IMG/VR virus record: IMGVR_UViG_3300045988_073620
Location: 1 to 64,000 of that record
Direction: 5' to 3' (one strand)
DNA: 64,000 nt
Source of the DNA: a virus
A program made the translations under genes and the position numbers. Positions within the stretch are counted from its first letter, which is position 1. Each line of letters opens with the position of its first letter. Positions 1 through 8,168 of this stretch are shown piece by piece. The notes below the pieces were generated by a model, which saw nothing but the letters and a program-made list of their open reading frames with translations, had not been told where the DNA came from and ran no database searches.

Positions 1-233
1 CGGTTTCCGGTGTTGGTTGCTGCTGAGCAGTATCCGGTGTTGGTTGCTGCTGAGCAGTCTCCGGTGTTGGTTGCTGCTGAGCAGTATCCGGTGTTGGTTG
101 CTGCTGAGCGGTTTCCGGTGTTGGTTGCTGCTGAGTAGTCTCCGGTGTTGGTTGCTGCTGAGCGGTTTCCGGTGTTGGTTGCTGCTGAGCGGTCTCCGGT
201 GTTGGTTGCTGCTGACCAGTCTCCGGTGTTGGA
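1..233. repeat. 27-bp tandem repeat, about 8.6 copies, running off the window start
   Basis: The unit CCGGTGTTGGTTGCTGCTGAGCAGTAT recurs, with variation confined to about 3 positions. It is in frame with the minus-strand CDS 1..557. Confidence 0.95.
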
Positions 234-557
234 CTTTTTATCATCGTCCCAGTTAACCTGATCTTTGATGTACTCCAGACCGGCTTTAATAATTCCAGCA
301 ATTCCGATTTCTGCTTTAATCGAAATCTTCTTTCCTACTCTCTTGCTGTCGCCAGATTTCTGATCGTTTGCATCCAGCTCGACTTCGCAATATCTGGAAT
401 TAGCCGGTGCATAATATCCAAATACATCCAACGGATTCTCACAAGCGTGAAATCCAGTATCGCAAATCTCGGCTCTTTCTTCTTCGTACTCCTTGCCGAT
501 TTCATACTGAAAATCACGACATTTTAAGTCTTTGTCAAATCCCTTATAGCATTTCAT
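1..557 (-). CDS. DUF7666-like protein (partial, C-terminus outside the window) with nonapeptide repeats S-A-A-T-N-T-G-x-x
   Basis: ATG at 557 sits behind a GGAGG. The N-terminus MKCYKGFDKDLKCRDFQYEIGKEYEEERAEICDTGFHACENPLDVFGYY resembles the family as I remember it. The reading frame stays open to the window edge through the repeats. Confidence 0.7.
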   Translation of the reverse strand, partial: MKCYKGFDKDLKCRDFQYEIGKEYEEERAEICDTGFHACENPLDVFGYYAPANSRYCEVELDANDQKSGDSKRVGKKISIKAEIGIAGIIKAGLEYIKDQVNWDDDKKSNTGDWSAATNTGDRSAATNTGNRSAATNTGDYSAATNTGNRSAATNTGYCSAATNTGDCSAATNTGYCSAATNTGN

Positions 558-715
558 TTTTCCTTGTCCTCCAAATTCAGTCCGAGTATAGCTACACAAA
601 CTTCTTTCTTTAAATACGTATTTGCTTCGGTTGTGTTCAGATACGCTTCAAATGCCTTTAATCTGCCTACCAGCTCTGCATACTCTTCGGCTACGGTCTC
701 TGCTCTGAAATCCAT
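554..715 (-). CDS. hypothetical small protein (53 aa, below the ORF-track cutoff)
   Basis: Hand translation gives MDFRAETVAEEYAELVGRLKAFEAYLNTTEANTYLKKEVCVAILGLNLEDKEK. Its stop overlaps the next ATG (ATGA coupling). Confidence 0.5.
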   Translation of the reverse strand: MDFRAETVAEEYAELVGRLKAFEAYLNTTEANTYLKKEVCVAILGLNLEDKEK

Positions 716-716
716 C

Positions 717-1013
717 TTATTTTCTTTCTTCATTGCAATCTCCCTCGCAATACGGACATTTGTTGTCCATCAAAATTTTGTTTAAATGGTTCGTTACTTT
801 CTTCACATTTTCTTCCTGCTGATAACCGCCCTCTGCAATGCTGTACATATCAAACTCTCTTAATGATTCTTTCTTATATATGTTGATGTGCAAGCTGCAT
901 CCGATCTTGTAGTTTGCGAAATGAAATGCTACCGTTCTGCCGGTTTCTTTCTGGACTCTCCTGCACAACTGATACAACTCATCTACGGTCTTATCAAAAT
1001 CATTTATCTTCAT
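717..1013 (-). CDS. hypothetical protein
   Basis: ORF track. The internal ATG (MKINDF...) has a GGAGGG 7 nt upstream. Confidence 0.6.
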   Translation of the reverse strand: MKINDFDKTVDELYQLCRRVQKETGRTVAFHFANYKIGCSLHINIYKKESLREFDMYSIAEGGYQQEENVKKVTNHLNKILMDNKCPYCEGDCNEERK

Positions 1014-1272
1014 CGAAAAGCCCTCCAAGTAAATCATCAAATAATGTTTTTACAACTTCTTTGATTTTTTCTTTTTGAATAGTTTTAAATTCTTCTTCGT
1101 TCATCAGCCCGATTTTGACCGCTTCGTCAATCTCCTGCTTCACAGATTCCTCTGTTTCTTTGCCACCTTCCATAATGGTTTCTTTGATTCCACGAACGAT
1201 AACAACTAAGTCAGCTATTAATTCTGCTTTACTGCCTTTAAGTGTGATTTCTCCCATTTTTGTCTCAATCAT
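1000..1272 (-). CDS. hypothetical protein
   Basis: ORF track, same-strand operon context. Confidence 0.55.
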   Translation of the reverse strand: MIETKMGEITLKGSKAELIADLVVIVRGIKETIMEGGKETEESVKQEIDEAVKIGLMNEEEFKTIQKEKIKEVVKTLFDDLLGGLFDEDK

Positions 1273-1570
1273 CTCTCTTTTCCGTTACTGAAAACTTATA
1301 AAAAGTTATAAACTTCTATGTTTCATTCCTACTTCAACGAGTATGCTTTTGATGATATAAATATCAATCTACTCACAAGTTCTTGTACTCTCCATAGGCG
1401 TAAATTCCGGACTAACGTATCCGTACATATTTGCATTAACGTTTCAGTGTCAGCTTGCAAATTTTTCTCCATAAGTCTTGAGATTTATAGATGCCTGGAA
1501 ATATATTCCACTCTAATATCTTATAAAACTCAACATACGCTTATATGATTTTATAATTTATATTTAACTG

Positions 1571-1738
1571 TTAATTTCCTCCGTTTCTTTTAATTTCATC
1601 CGGGTAAATAACCACGAATGATAATGTGAATATTACGATTGCTACTGCAACCGGCTGTGATACACTGTCAAATCTCCAGAACGGCAGATACGGTGACATA
1701 CCGCCGATCAGAGCTGACAGGATTAATGATTTTGCCAT
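1571..1738 (-). CDS. small membrane protein
   Basis: The internal start MAKSLILSALIGG... lies behind GGAGGGA, and the protein has hydrophobic segments. Confidence 0.5.
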   Translation of the reverse strand: MAKSLILSALIGGMSPYLPFWRFDSVSQPVAVAIVIFTLSFVVIYPDEIKRNGGN

Positions 1739-1796
1739 TTTTATGTCCCTCCGATTTTTTATGTGGTATACTCTCCTTATGAAAGGAGGTGTAATA

Positions 1797-1985
1797 ATGA
1801 CGGATAATGAAAAACGTGCACACGATTTAGCCATTGCAGTTTGCACTGATGTTTGCCATTTAAAACGTAAATCTCAAGTTGATGCTGGCAAAACTCATGT
1901 AATCATCGATTATTTCGAAGAATACATAAATGCTTATGAATCCGCATTAGAAGCATTCAACGAAAAATATCCATCTGGCAAATAG
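1797..1985 (+). CDS. hypothetical small protein, paralog of 2196..2408
   Basis: AAGGAGGTG RBS and its own extended -10 (TGgTATACT). It shares an AHDLA(I/V)A motif with the next plus-strand ORF. Confidence 0.6.
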   Translation: MTDNEKRAHDLAIAVCTDVCHLKRKSQVDAGKTHVIIDYFEEYINAYESALEAFNEKYPSGK

Positions 1986-2195
1986 GTTTCTTATTAATCA
2001 AACATGTTAATGAAATAGGTTTCTTTGATGTTCGCACCATCTTAGAAGCCTTTTTCTTTTTTTTCTTTCTGCTCATAACCCCGTCTCCTTTCTTATAAGC
2101 AACTTTCCTGCGAATTCTCAGTATCAATGCGGTCTTTCAAGTACATCGGCAATTCATATTCTTGTGTTATAATCACCTCAAAGGAGGTGATAACA

Positions 2196-2408
2196 ATGGA
2201 TAAGTTACAAATCGCTCATGATCTGGCTGTTGCTAAGTTATGCGCTGAATTACCGGGAAGCCTGGGCAACTCTCATATCTGCCAGAGATACTTCAAATAC
2301 CGTGCAGAATTTGCCGATCTTCTGGATTCCCATGATGAAGATTACTTTCTCAATGAACTGGATAAAGAGAAAGTAAATAATTGTTCTCCATCTCGGCGCT
2401 ACTTTTAA
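2196..2408 (+). CDS. hypothetical small protein, paralog of 1797..1985
   Basis: GGAGGTG RBS and a TGtTATAAT extended -10 at 2165-2173. Confidence 0.6.
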   Translation: MDKLQIAHDLAVAKLCAELPGSLGNSHICQRYFKYRAEFADLLDSHDEDYFLNELDKEKVNNCSPSRRYF

Positions 2409-2623
2409 TCGTTAGACTTTTCCCCGGATGTGCTCTTTGTTGTTCTGCCAATATAGAGCACATCCTCAAGGGAAAACTGAATTTTGTTATTAATTCCGTT
2501 TTCATTCCATTCGTATTCAACAATTGACTGTTTGTCGAAATTAATTTTTTCATACACCTCTGCCGGGACACGCAACGTCTCTCCGTTTTTAAACTTGATA
2601 ATTGTTTCATCGGCAATTTTCAC
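2405..2623 (-). CDS. hypothetical protein
   Basis: ORF track. Confidence 0.5.
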   Translation of the reverse strand: MKIADETIIKFKNGETLRVPAEVYEKINFDKQSIVEYEWNENGINNKIQFSLEDVLYIGRTTKSTSGEKSND

Positions 2624-2838
2624 ATTCTCATCTCCTTTCGTATTTATTTCTGTGCACTCTTTTTACTTTCACCTTTTTCTTCCACTTCTGTGCTCTGAAC
2701 GGAGATTTCTTTCCGGTGAAATGTCTGGAATCGTTTGGTTGGCTCGTTGTATTCACCTCCAGATAGCTCAACGCAAAATTGCGTTCAGTTATTGAGTTTT
2801 CTTACCTATCTCCCTATAATGTCCTTACAGGCACCGCC

Positions 2839-3045
2839 ATGCCGAGTAAAATGAAAGGAGATAAAAGTTTGCTATTATTACCACATATAGATGGTTTTCA
2901 TCAGTCCGGTGAAAAAGTTTCTGAAACCTCAGTGTTCGTATGCAATAACTGTGGTTCTAAAAGAACTGTAAAATCCGGTAAAACCATCCCTAAGTGTTCA
3001 AAATGCAACGATTACACCTACTGGTTCAAAATCGTGACACTTTGA
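2839..3045 (+). CDS. zinc-ribbon protein (CxxC...CxxC); start ambiguous (ATG 2839/2851 or TTG 2869 behind AAGGAG)
   Basis: The sequence contains CNNCG...CSKC. A TTGAGT-N17-TATAAT promoter lies at about 2792-2820. Confidence 0.5.
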   Translation: MPSKMKGDKSLLLLPHIDGFHQSGEKVSETSVFVCNNCGSKRTVKSGKTIPKCSKCNDYTYWFKIVTL

Positions 3046-3287
3046 TCACTTTCAACATCCGCGAACATTGTTTCCGGGTAGTATTCGTCTTTTAAATCAC
3101 TGTTTGAATAGTCGATGGATTTCACCCGGAAGCAGATGTTTGCACCGTTTTCCGTATTGAATACTTTCAAATACCTTTCTCCATTTTTTGAAAAGCATAT
3201 TACCCTTGTTTTATCTGGGATTCTCACAATCTGCGGTTTAAATATTCTTTTTAAAATTTGCTTTAATGCTTTCACTTTTTGGCTCAC
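3018..3287 (-). CDS. hypothetical protein
   Basis: ORF track. Confidence 0.5.
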   Translation of the reverse strand: MSQKVKALKQILKRIFKPQIVRIPDKTRVICFSKNGERYLKVFNTENGANICFRVKSIDYSNSDLKDEYYPETMFADVESDQSVTILNQ

Positions 3288-3491
3288 CTACATTCTTATC
3301 TCTTGCATCTTTATCATTTCAGAGCCATACAAAACACGATTAACATAAAGTTTTATAGTTGCTCCTGTCTGGATATTCTCCATTTCTATTACAGTATCTC
3401 CATGCTCATCTGCAACTTTCTTTACAGTGAAACCCTCCAATGATCTGAGAAATACGGTATCGTAAACTGTCTGCTTAACTTCCTTACTCAT
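3288..3491 (-). CDS. hypothetical protein
   Basis: ORF track. Its start overlaps the stop of the upstream gene. Confidence 0.55.
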   Translation of the reverse strand: MSKEVKQTVYDTVFLRSLEGFTVKKVADEHGDTVIEMENIQTGATIKLYVNRVLYGSEMIKMQEIRM

Positions 3492-4219
3492 TTTTCTCTA
3501 TCCTCCTGCCCCAGAAACTTATTCACGAAATACAACTGTCCTTTTCCACTAACTTTTGTCGTGCGTGTGATTCTGACCGAACCATCTGGATTCTGGACAT
3601 TGGATTCTTTGATTTCGAATAATCCCTGCTCAACGTATTTCTGTTTTGGCATATTTCGTGAACTTCCAGAAACCATCAAATAGCCATTGTCTCTCATCCA
3701 TTGGAACAATCGTTTCTGCCCTATCTGGTATCCGTTCTGGCAGATAAGTTTCGCCAAGTCTCCGATAAGAATTGATGTATGACTTGCGGATACAGCATCT
3801 GCAAAGATTGTTTTTGGTCTATCAGCTTCAATTTTCTCCGTAAGAGACTTATTTGTATCTTTCAGTTTCGCAATAGTCTGGTCTGCCATCTTTAATGCTC
3901 TGGCAAATACCTGTTCCGGTGTGTTCCAGGCTTTTTCCAAATCTAAGAAATACTGTCGGTACTGCCTGCCCTTTTCTGACCGCTGAATCATGCAAATCTG
4001 TTTTGCCATGTCTACGGAAATCTCATGTTCTATCGTTCTTCCACCGTTTTCTAAATTTTTAGAAATCGTAAAATAGTCAATATTTTCAGTGAATCCGTAC
4101 GCTGACATGTTTTTAAACCAGTCTGCATATTTGCTTTTGATTTCCAGTCCCCTATGTAAGTCTCTTGCTGATACAGTCGGTTCTTCGCCGTTGTAATTAA
4201 TTGGTATTAATTCGCTCAT
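3488..4219 (-). CDS. phage antirepressor (AntA/AntB-type N-terminus + KilAC-type C-terminus)
   Basis: The N-terminus TVSARDLHRGLEIKSKYADWFKN...DYF and the C-terminus FADAVSASHTSILIGDLAKLI...GYL are characteristic. The RBS is GAAAGGAGAGG. Confidence 0.85.
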   Translation of the reverse strand: MSELIPINYNGEEPTVSARDLHRGLEIKSKYADWFKNMSAYGFTENIDYFTISKNLENGGRTIEHEISVDMAKQICMIQRSEKGRQYRQYFLDLEKAWNTPEQVFARALKMADQTIAKLKDTNKSLTEKIEADRPKTIFADAVSASHTSILIGDLAKLICQNGYQIGQKRLFQWMRDNGYLMVSGSSRNMPKQKYVEQGLFEIKESNVQNPDGSVRITRTTKVSGKGQLYFVNKFLGQEDREK

Positions 4220-4270
4220 GCCTCTCCTTTCTGTGGTATACTCTCCTTATGGAAAGGAGGTGTTTGTTTA

Positions 4271-4462
4271 ATGGTGTATTCTGGTTTTTGTGTAAAACAG
4301 AACAAGGATTATTTTGTCGAATTTACTCAAATTTCCGTTTCTTCTTTAGAAGATAAGAGTCCAAAATCTATTAACGGAAGATTAAAATGTAAATATGCCG
4401 GTTTTACAGGTTGTTGTAATCGTGCCAGCGATTGTTCAATTCTGCAAAATCTCAGTAAGTAA
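4271..4462 (+). CDS. hypothetical Cys-rich small protein
   Basis: AAGGAGGTG lies 8 nt upstream of the ATG. The promoter/leader module matches the one at 1762-1796. Confidence 0.45.
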   Translation: MVYSGFCVKQNKDYFVEFTQISVSSLEDKSPKSINGRLKCKYAGFTGCCNRASDCSILQNLSK

Positions 4463-4490
4463 TCCTCACGGCTCTCTGAAATATGGGAGC

Positions 4491-4766
4491 CTATTCTTTT
4501 GTGCCAAACTCAACTGGCATTTCCTGTCCTTTGAATCTAATGCTTTCGATTTCTCCGATGCCTTTCTGGTTCACTTGTAACAGTTTTAAATCCGTTGATA
4601 AATTTAAAGCATTCAGATCAATGGAAAGTGTCGGCATTGAGTTCCCAACCTCCTGCTTCAGTTCGAAGCTTCTTACTCCCTCAAGTCTGTGGCCGTCTAC
4701 AAGGATTTCTGTAAATACTCCCTGTTCCTGCTCAACCTGATGGATTTCAATTTTTGATGCTTTCAT
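4491..4766 (-). CDS. hypothetical protein
   Basis: ORF track. Confidence 0.55.
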   Translation of the reverse strand: MKASKIEIHQVEQEQGVFTEILVDGHRLEGVRSFELKQEVGNSMPTLSIDLNALNLSTDLKLLQVNQKGIGEIESIRFKGQEMPVEFGTKE

Positions 4767-4802
4767 GTTTCTCCTTTCTAGTTAAGAAATTTGTAGATAG
4801 TT

Positions 4803-5024
4803 TTAATCTGTCTGATTACTTTCTGGAACTTTCGGTTCAAGAAACTTGTCAGTCCCAACAGATAACGCCCCGCAAATTAATTCGTATTCATCGAAATCTA
4901 ATCTGCGATTTCCATTGAGAGAAAGATTGAGTTTCTGAACAGGAATGCCAGTTTTGTTGGCGACAAATGTCTGCGTTATGCCGTTGTTTTCAAGGTACGA
5001 CTTAATCTTTTTGCCAACGCACAT
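4803..5024 (-). CDS. XRE-family HTH regulator (Cro-like position)
   Basis: The sequence ...ITQTFVANKTGIPVQKLNLSLNG... looks like an HTH. The gene is divergent from the CI-like gene. Confidence 0.8.
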   Translation of the reverse strand: MCVGKKIKSYLENNGITQTFVANKTGIPVQKLNLSLNGNRRLDFDEYELICGALSVGTDKFLEPKVPESNQTD

Positions 5025-5044
5025 TCTTCATTTCTCCTTTCTAC

Positions 5045-5150
5045 TTGAATTTCGTTCCCATCGAACAATTATAGTATAACTTCGAAATATCCGAATGTCA
5101 AGAATAAATTTCGAGAAAATCGAAATTATTTTATTGACAGCTCGAAACTT
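5045..5150. promoter_or_regulatory. operator-like repeats (TCGAAA half-sites, about 6 copies) between the divergent promoters
   Basis: The motifs aatttcgtt, catcgaac, cttcgaaat, atttcgaga, aatcgaaat and gctcgaaac all occur here. Confidence 0.5.
5073..5102 (-). promoter_or_regulatory. leftward early promoter (TTGACA-N18-TATACT)
   Basis: Read on the minus strand in the divergent intergenic region. Confidence 0.6.
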
Positions 5151-5162
5151 CTATATTATTAT
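5134..5162 (+). promoter_or_regulatory. rightward promoter (TTGACA-N17-TATTAT) for the CI-like gene
   Basis: Direct reading of the sequence. Confidence 0.6.
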
Positions 5163-5186
5163 TAGTTATGAAGGGAGGAACCGATA

Positions 5187-5531
5187 ATGACATTTGGTGA
5201 GAAAATCAAGCAAGCCAGAACAGCAAAGAAGTTAACTCAGAAACAACTCGCAGAAAGAATCAACGCAAAGCACAATTCAATTAGCGACTGGGAAAAAGAC
5301 AAGTGTAAGCCAGATATGGATACTATCGAACTTCTATGCGGTGTTCTGGAAGTGACACCGACATACCTCATGGGTTCTAAAAGTGATGACGATTATGCAA
5401 CCATAATTGGAAATCTTATGTCAGAACCTGACATCTTAGACTTTATCGAGGAATACAAAGCACTCGATAAAGAAGATAAGAAAGCAATAAAACAAATAGT
5501 TTCATCACTAAACAAAAAGAGCAAGGGTTAA
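5187..5531 (+). CDS. XRE-family HTH repressor (CI-like; no S24 peptidase domain seen)
   Basis: The sequence ...LTQKQLAERINAKHNSISDWEKDK... looks like an HTH, and the RBS is GGGAGG. Confidence 0.85.
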   Translation: MTFGEKIKQARTAKKLTQKQLAERINAKHNSISDWEKDKCKPDMDTIELLCGVLEVTPTYLMGSKSDDDYATIIGNLMSEPDILDFIEEYKALDKEDKKAIKQIVSSLNKKSKG

Positions 5532-5644
5532 TCCCCTTGCTTCTTTGATTTCAGATATTTAATAAGAATCATATAGACAAGCTTTAACTTGCCCTCGTTT
5601 TCAGTGTCTTCTATCATCTCAATAATCTCTTTCTTATAATCCAT
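5528..5644 (-). CDS. hypothetical 38-aa protein convergent with the repressor
   Basis: Hand translation gives MDYKKEIIEMIEDTENEGKLKLVYMILIKYLKSKKQGD, with a GGGAGGG RBS. Confidence 0.4.
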   Translation of the reverse strand: MDYKKEIIEMIEDTENEGKLKLVYMILIKYLKSKKQGD

Positions 5645-6225
5645 AAATAGCCCTCCCTGTTTGAAAACTACCGCCTACAGTAAAGTATATGCTCAGCTTG
5701 TGGGAAATAGAACCGAACATTAGTTCGTTTTTGCTATTATACCACCTATGTTTCCCCTTGGCAACTGCCAAATATACACATGGGATTTTGTTATTTCATA
5801 GGCAAACTTCGCAACTTCAAAGAAAATTCTGCTTTCGCGAATACAGCATCTGGCATTGCAAATTTCCTTGATTTCACTCATTTCCTGCGTCTGGGCGAAA
5901 TGAATTTGTTCCGCAGCTTCATTTGTGATCTGTGCATCTCTGTGGCGGTGTTCCGCTATATCATGTGACGGTATATGCACTGCGCAGAATATTTCGTAAA
6001 ATATCAAGATGAGTACGACTATCCTATATCTGTTCTTCTCCATTATTACCAACTCTTTCTAAAAATATATCACGCATTATAGCACAAACTTGTGTAGTTT
6101 TTCCGGGAAGTGCAAAATCATGGAGTTTTTCTGCAAAAACAATCTGTTTTTTTTGATATTTTACTATGCACAGTTTGTATGAAGTGGTATAATATTGTAA
6201 AAATTTTATAAGAGAGGGCAAAATT

Positions 6226-7056
6226 ATGAGAAGAAAAATGAAGTTTTTAACAGCTATTGGTCTTTCAAGTATCTTGATTACCAGTATACCATCTGTTGCT
6301 TCGGCAGAAGATTTTGTATTGTACGAAGATAATGGCATTCACGTTGAAACAAAAGGACTGACCGACGCACCATCCACAGACACCATCGGATTGTATATTG
6401 AAAACAGTTCTAATTTAAACTTAGGCGTGGCTCCTTATGCATATGCTATCAATGGGATTATGGCTGGTGGAGACCAATATGGGGTCAATTCCGCCAATGT
6501 AGCTCCGGGAAAGAAAGCTAATTCTACTATAGAGCTTGCAGATAGTTGGAACAATAAAGACTTCTTTAAGGACTTCCAAATGAACGAAGTTGATAGTTTT
6601 GATATTCTTCTTTGGGCATATGATAATGATAAAAGTTTTAAAGCGTTTGACAGTGGCCAAATCCATGCAGACGTAACTGGCACTACGTTAACTTCTTCTC
6701 CTGTATTTGATAATGCTCAGAATCTGTATAATCAAAACGGAATTAGCGTTGATTTTATATCTTCTGACGGGAACAGCTTTACTTTTTGCATCGCAAACAC
6801 TACAGGACAATATTTTACTTACGATGTTGTTTCCGAAACATATGACGACTTCACGACATCTGATACAAATTATGATTTATACAATGAATATCTGCTAAAC
6901 AATTGTAAGACTCTTGTAACTCTGACTCCTACGGATGATTTTCTTTCCCTGAACGGAATTACAGATGTATCAAAAGTAGATTTTGCATTAACAATTCGTC
7001 CGTTAGCAGAGTATACAAACGAATATACCACAGATTTAATCGCATACCAAAAATAA
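6226..7056 (+). CDS. secreted protein of unknown function (signal peptide ...PSVASA)
   Basis: Signal-like N-terminus MRRKMKFLTAIGLSSILITSIPSVASA, a TGgTATAAT promoter at about 6186 and a terminator downstream. Confidence 0.75.
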   Translation: MRRKMKFLTAIGLSSILITSIPSVASAEDFVLYEDNGIHVETKGLTDAPSTDTIGLYIENSSNLNLGVAPYAYAINGIMAGGDQYGVNSANVAPGKKANSTIELADSWNNKDFFKDFQMNEVDSFDILLWAYDNDKSFKAFDSGQIHADVTGTTLTSSPVFDNAQNLYNQNGISVDFISSDGNSFTFCIANTTGQYFTYDVVSETYDDFTTSDTNYDLYNEYLLNNCKTLVTLTPTDDFLSLNGITDVSKVDFALTIRPLAEYTNEYTTDLIAYQK

Positions 7057-7063
7057 CAGCGAA

Positions 7064-7095
7064 AAGAGGGGACGTCCAATCCCCTCTTTCCTTTT
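7064..7095 (+). terminator. intrinsic terminator
   Basis: Stem AAGAGGGG-N9-CCCCTCTT followed by a T-rich tail. Confidence 0.75.
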
Positions 7096-7342
7096 GCCCG
7101 TAGGCAGTTCCTGTATACACACATCCTCCCGATTCCGGGATTCCAGAAACCCTGTATTCATCAATTTGTCGATTTTTTTAGTTTTTATTCATTCCTCAAC
7201 ACTTTACACTATAAAAGTGCCGTGCTAAAATATATTTGTGATGTTGTATAGAATACTATCACAACTCACAGGAAAATTGTGTGTATTGTCAAAAACGCGG
7301 AAATTTTTGACAAAATTGAGAATTTGAAAGGAGGAATTGCGT

Positions 7343-8041
7343 ATGAGGATAGCTATTTGTGACGACAATCAAATTGAAGTTGACTTGTTTAAAGAGCACA
7401 TATCGGGATTCTTGCGGCGCAAAGGAGATTACCGGTATGAAATTAGCGAGTATTCGGCAGGTTATCCACTTGTTGAAGATGTGAAAGAGGGTAAATGGTA
7501 CGATGTAATTATACTGGATATGGTTCTGGAAAAAGAGAACGGTTTGGAGATTGCGAACCGGCTTCGGGATATTGGATATGATGGAAAGATTATCTTCTGG
7601 ACAGCCGATGATTCTCATCTGCAAGAAGCATTTGACGTCGGTGCTATGCAGTATGTGGTCAAGGGTAAGGAATACGGCAGGATGTACAGCGCAATCAACG
7701 AGATTCTGTCGCATATGAGGGATGAGGTTCTGACATTCAAAACGCGCGGAGAATTGCATCGGTTGGAATACAGACAGATTGAATATGTTGAGAGTAAAGG
7801 TCGGTCGTGCCATATCTACACGACCGATAACCAGTGCTTTGTAACACTCGGAAAGCTTGATGACATCGAAGAAGAATTGTGTGATAAACGTTTTCTCCGA
7901 TGTCACCAGAGTTTTCTGGTCAACATGGATCACATTCAGTCCGTGAACGAGAATTTCATCATGGAATCTGGCGATATTGTCCAGATACGCCGCCGGAACC
8001 ACAACGAAATCAAGGATAAATACGAAAATTATATAAATTGA
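7343..8041 (+). CDS. orphan response regulator, REC + LytTR DNA-binding domain (AgrA/LytR type)
   Basis: The N-terminus reads MRIAICDDN... and the REC acidic pocket and ILD phospho-acceptor site are present. The C-terminal LytTR-like segment reads ...FLRCHQSFLVNMDHI.... Confidence 0.85.
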   Translation: MRIAICDDNQIEVDLFKEHISGFLRRKGDYRYEISEYSAGYPLVEDVKEGKWYDVIILDMVLEKENGLEIANRLRDIGYDGKIIFWTADDSHLQEAFDVGAMQYVVKGKEYGRMYSAINEILSHMRDEVLTFKTRGELHRLEYRQIEYVESKGRSCHIYTTDNQCFVTLGKLDDIEEELCDKRFLRCHQSFLVNMDHIQSVNENFIMESGDIVQIRRRNHNEIKDKYENYIN

Positions 8042-8048
8042 TATTGCA

Positions 8049-8084
8049 AAGACCGCCAGCGATGTGAGACTGGCGGTCTTTTCG
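8049..8084. terminator. hairpin terminator between the convergent RR and endolysin genes
   Basis: Stem AAGACCGCCAG-N10-CTGGCGGTCTT followed by TTC. Confidence 0.7.
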
Positions 8085-8168
8085 GGGAATTGAAAACTTT
8101 TAAGAAGGATTTATTGAACATGTTTATTATATCATTCTATTCGTTATATATCAAGTACCACTTTGAAT

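Noticed and set aside
1-233. Possible CRISPR array
   Set aside because: The repeats are directly abutting 27-mers with no spacers, and they lie in frame within a CDS.
17-256. Plus-strand ORF MLLSSIRCWLLL... through the tandem repeat
   Set aside because: Its repetitive L/S/W/C composition is the antisense reading of the repeat. There is no RBS. The minus-strand frame has an RBS, an ATG and a recognisable N-terminal domain.
7289-8002. 237-aa minus-strand ORF
   Set aside because: It is fully antisense to the LytTR response regulator, which has clear REC and LytTR motifs, an RBS and a terminator.
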